Below are positions 62,815 through 64,000 of a DNA stretch of 64,000 nucleotides, in pieces. The position numbers were made by a program, and so were the translations under genes. The notes below the pieces were generated by a model, which made no database searches, was not told the DNA's origin, and saw only the letters and a list, made by a program, of their open reading frames with translations. The stretch comes from an uncultured Methanoregulaceae archaeon (lineage in GTDB: Archaea; Halobacteriota; Methanomicrobia; Methanomicrobiales; Methanospirillaceae). Position 1 is the stretch's first letter, and the number at the start of each line of letters is the position of its first letter. The DNA lies in contig OY969564.1 in the NCBI GenBank assembly GCA_963701095.1, positions 160,001-224,000 of the forward strand, in the 5' to 3' direction.

Positions 62815-62920
62815 CCGGAAACATACCAGGTTTCCCGGGTTCGTATTCGATTTGGTTAAAAACCAGTACGACAAATATACTCCATCATTCCTTGATTTTA
62901 TCTGATATCTCTTACCGGTC

Positions 62921-64000
62921 GTGCTACGGTTGACAGAAAAAAAGATCGCGCTTACAATAAAGGAGCTGGACGCCGGCTTTGGCCGTATCAGGGATCTCTC
63001 TGTATCTATTGGAAAGCTCTCTTCAGGTGATTGGGTTGAACCTGAGGGTCCGACACCGTACCCCTCGCTTGCAACACTCCGTTCCTGGGACCGGAAACTC
63101 CTTTCCCGGTACCAACCCTTCTACATGCCGTTCTGCGACCTTTGCTGCATGTGTACATTTGGCAAATGCGATTTGACCGGCACCAAAAAAGGAGCGTGTG
63201 GAATTACGATGCCTGCCCAGCAGGCAAGGACCGTGCTCATGACGGCCTGTATCGGGGCAGCTACCCATACGAGCCATGCGCGTGAACTGGTGACGTACGC
63301 AATTAAACGTGCCGGACGTGATTGTATCATCGAACCGGGTGGCAATGCAATTGGCGTGGAAGCCCCGATTATCCGGCTTGTATGCGGCGAAAAACCCCAA
63401 ACCCTTGCCGATCTTGAAACTGTCCTCGATTACTGCGAGAGCCAGATCACATCTCTCCTTGCGGCCACGCATACCGGACAGGAAGGCGATCCCCTTGATT
63501 TCGAAAGCAAGGTGCTTCATGCCGGTATGATTGACCAGGTGGGAATGGAAGTGGCAGATCTGGCCCAGATTGCAGCTCTTGGGTATCCCAAAGCCGATCC
63601 TGACGCCCCGCTGGCTGCATTGGGTATGGGCACGGTCGAAACCACAAAACCCGTCATCCTTGTGATCGGCCATAACGTGCCACCTTCGGTAGCAATTATC
63701 GATTACCTTTCACGGGAAAATATGACCGATCAGGTCGAAGTTACCGGTATCTGCTGTACATCGATCGATGCGAGCCGGTACTCCCCGCGGGCAAAGATCA
63801 TAGGCCCCATGTCGTGGCAGCTCCGGTATATCCGGAGCGGGATACCGGATGTGATTGTCGTTGACGAGCAGTGCGTTCGGACTGATGCGTTTTCCGAAGC
63901 CTCATTGGTTGGTACGCCCTTTATTGCAACATCCGACAAGAACTGCATGGGCCTACCAGACCGGACCGATGACCCGGCCGATGCCATTGTTGCTGACCTG
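62921..64000 (+). CDS. cdhA: CO dehydrogenase/acetyl-CoA synthase alpha subunit (runs off the window)
   Basis: Manual translation: GPTP, FCDLCCMCTFGKCDL, GACG, GQEG, IGHNV, GICCT and DEQC motifs. Confidence 0.92.
   Translation, partial: MLRLTEKKIALTIKELDAGFGRIRDLSVSIGKLSSGDWVEPEGPTPYPSLATLRSWDRKLLSRYQPFYMPFCDLCCMCTFGKCDLTGTKKGACGITMPAQQARTVLMTACIGAATHTSHARELVTYAIKRAGRDCIIEPGGNAIGVEAPIIRLVCGEKPQTLADLETVLDYCESQITSLLAATHTGQEGDPLDFESKVLHAGMIDQVGMEVADLAQIAALGYPKADPDAPLAALGMGTVETTKPVILVIGHNVPPSVAIIDYLSRENMTDQVEVTGICCTSIDASRYSPRAKIIGPMSWQLRYIRSGIPDVIVVDEQCVRTDAFSEASLVGTPFIATSDKNCMGLPDRTDDPADAIVADL

Overview
Archaeal chromosome segment from a methanogen; the gene content and protein sequences suggest Methanomicrobiales (Methanoregula-like). 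Core genes include cfbB/D/E/A (F430 synthesis), hypEAC, cobY/cobD, cdrS-ftsZ, alba, asd, dapA/B, priL, PCNA, aCPSF1, psmB, cofE, two cooC genes and cdhA. The main accessory feature is an ~18 kb integrated element (9627-27632) at the 3' end of tRNA-Ser(TGA). It is bounded by a 13-bp direct repeat and 26-bp inverted arms. It carries a tyrosine integrase, a PIN toxin-antitoxin pair, RHH/ParB-like genes with perfect GTGTTAC-N3-GTAACAC palindromes, and a ~1 kb two-unit degenerate repeat array. It also carries an apparently captured corrinoid uptake/salvage block (cbiZ, btuDCF, a second binding protein, two type IV pilins, an ABC exporter, truncated cobN) and a degenerate tRNA-Leu(GAG). About 14 genes, including essential ones, have apparent small frameshifts located at AGCT, GTAC or CCGG motifs. 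These are most likely long-read errors at methylated sites rather than pseudogenes. All annotations come from reading the sequence; no database search was run.
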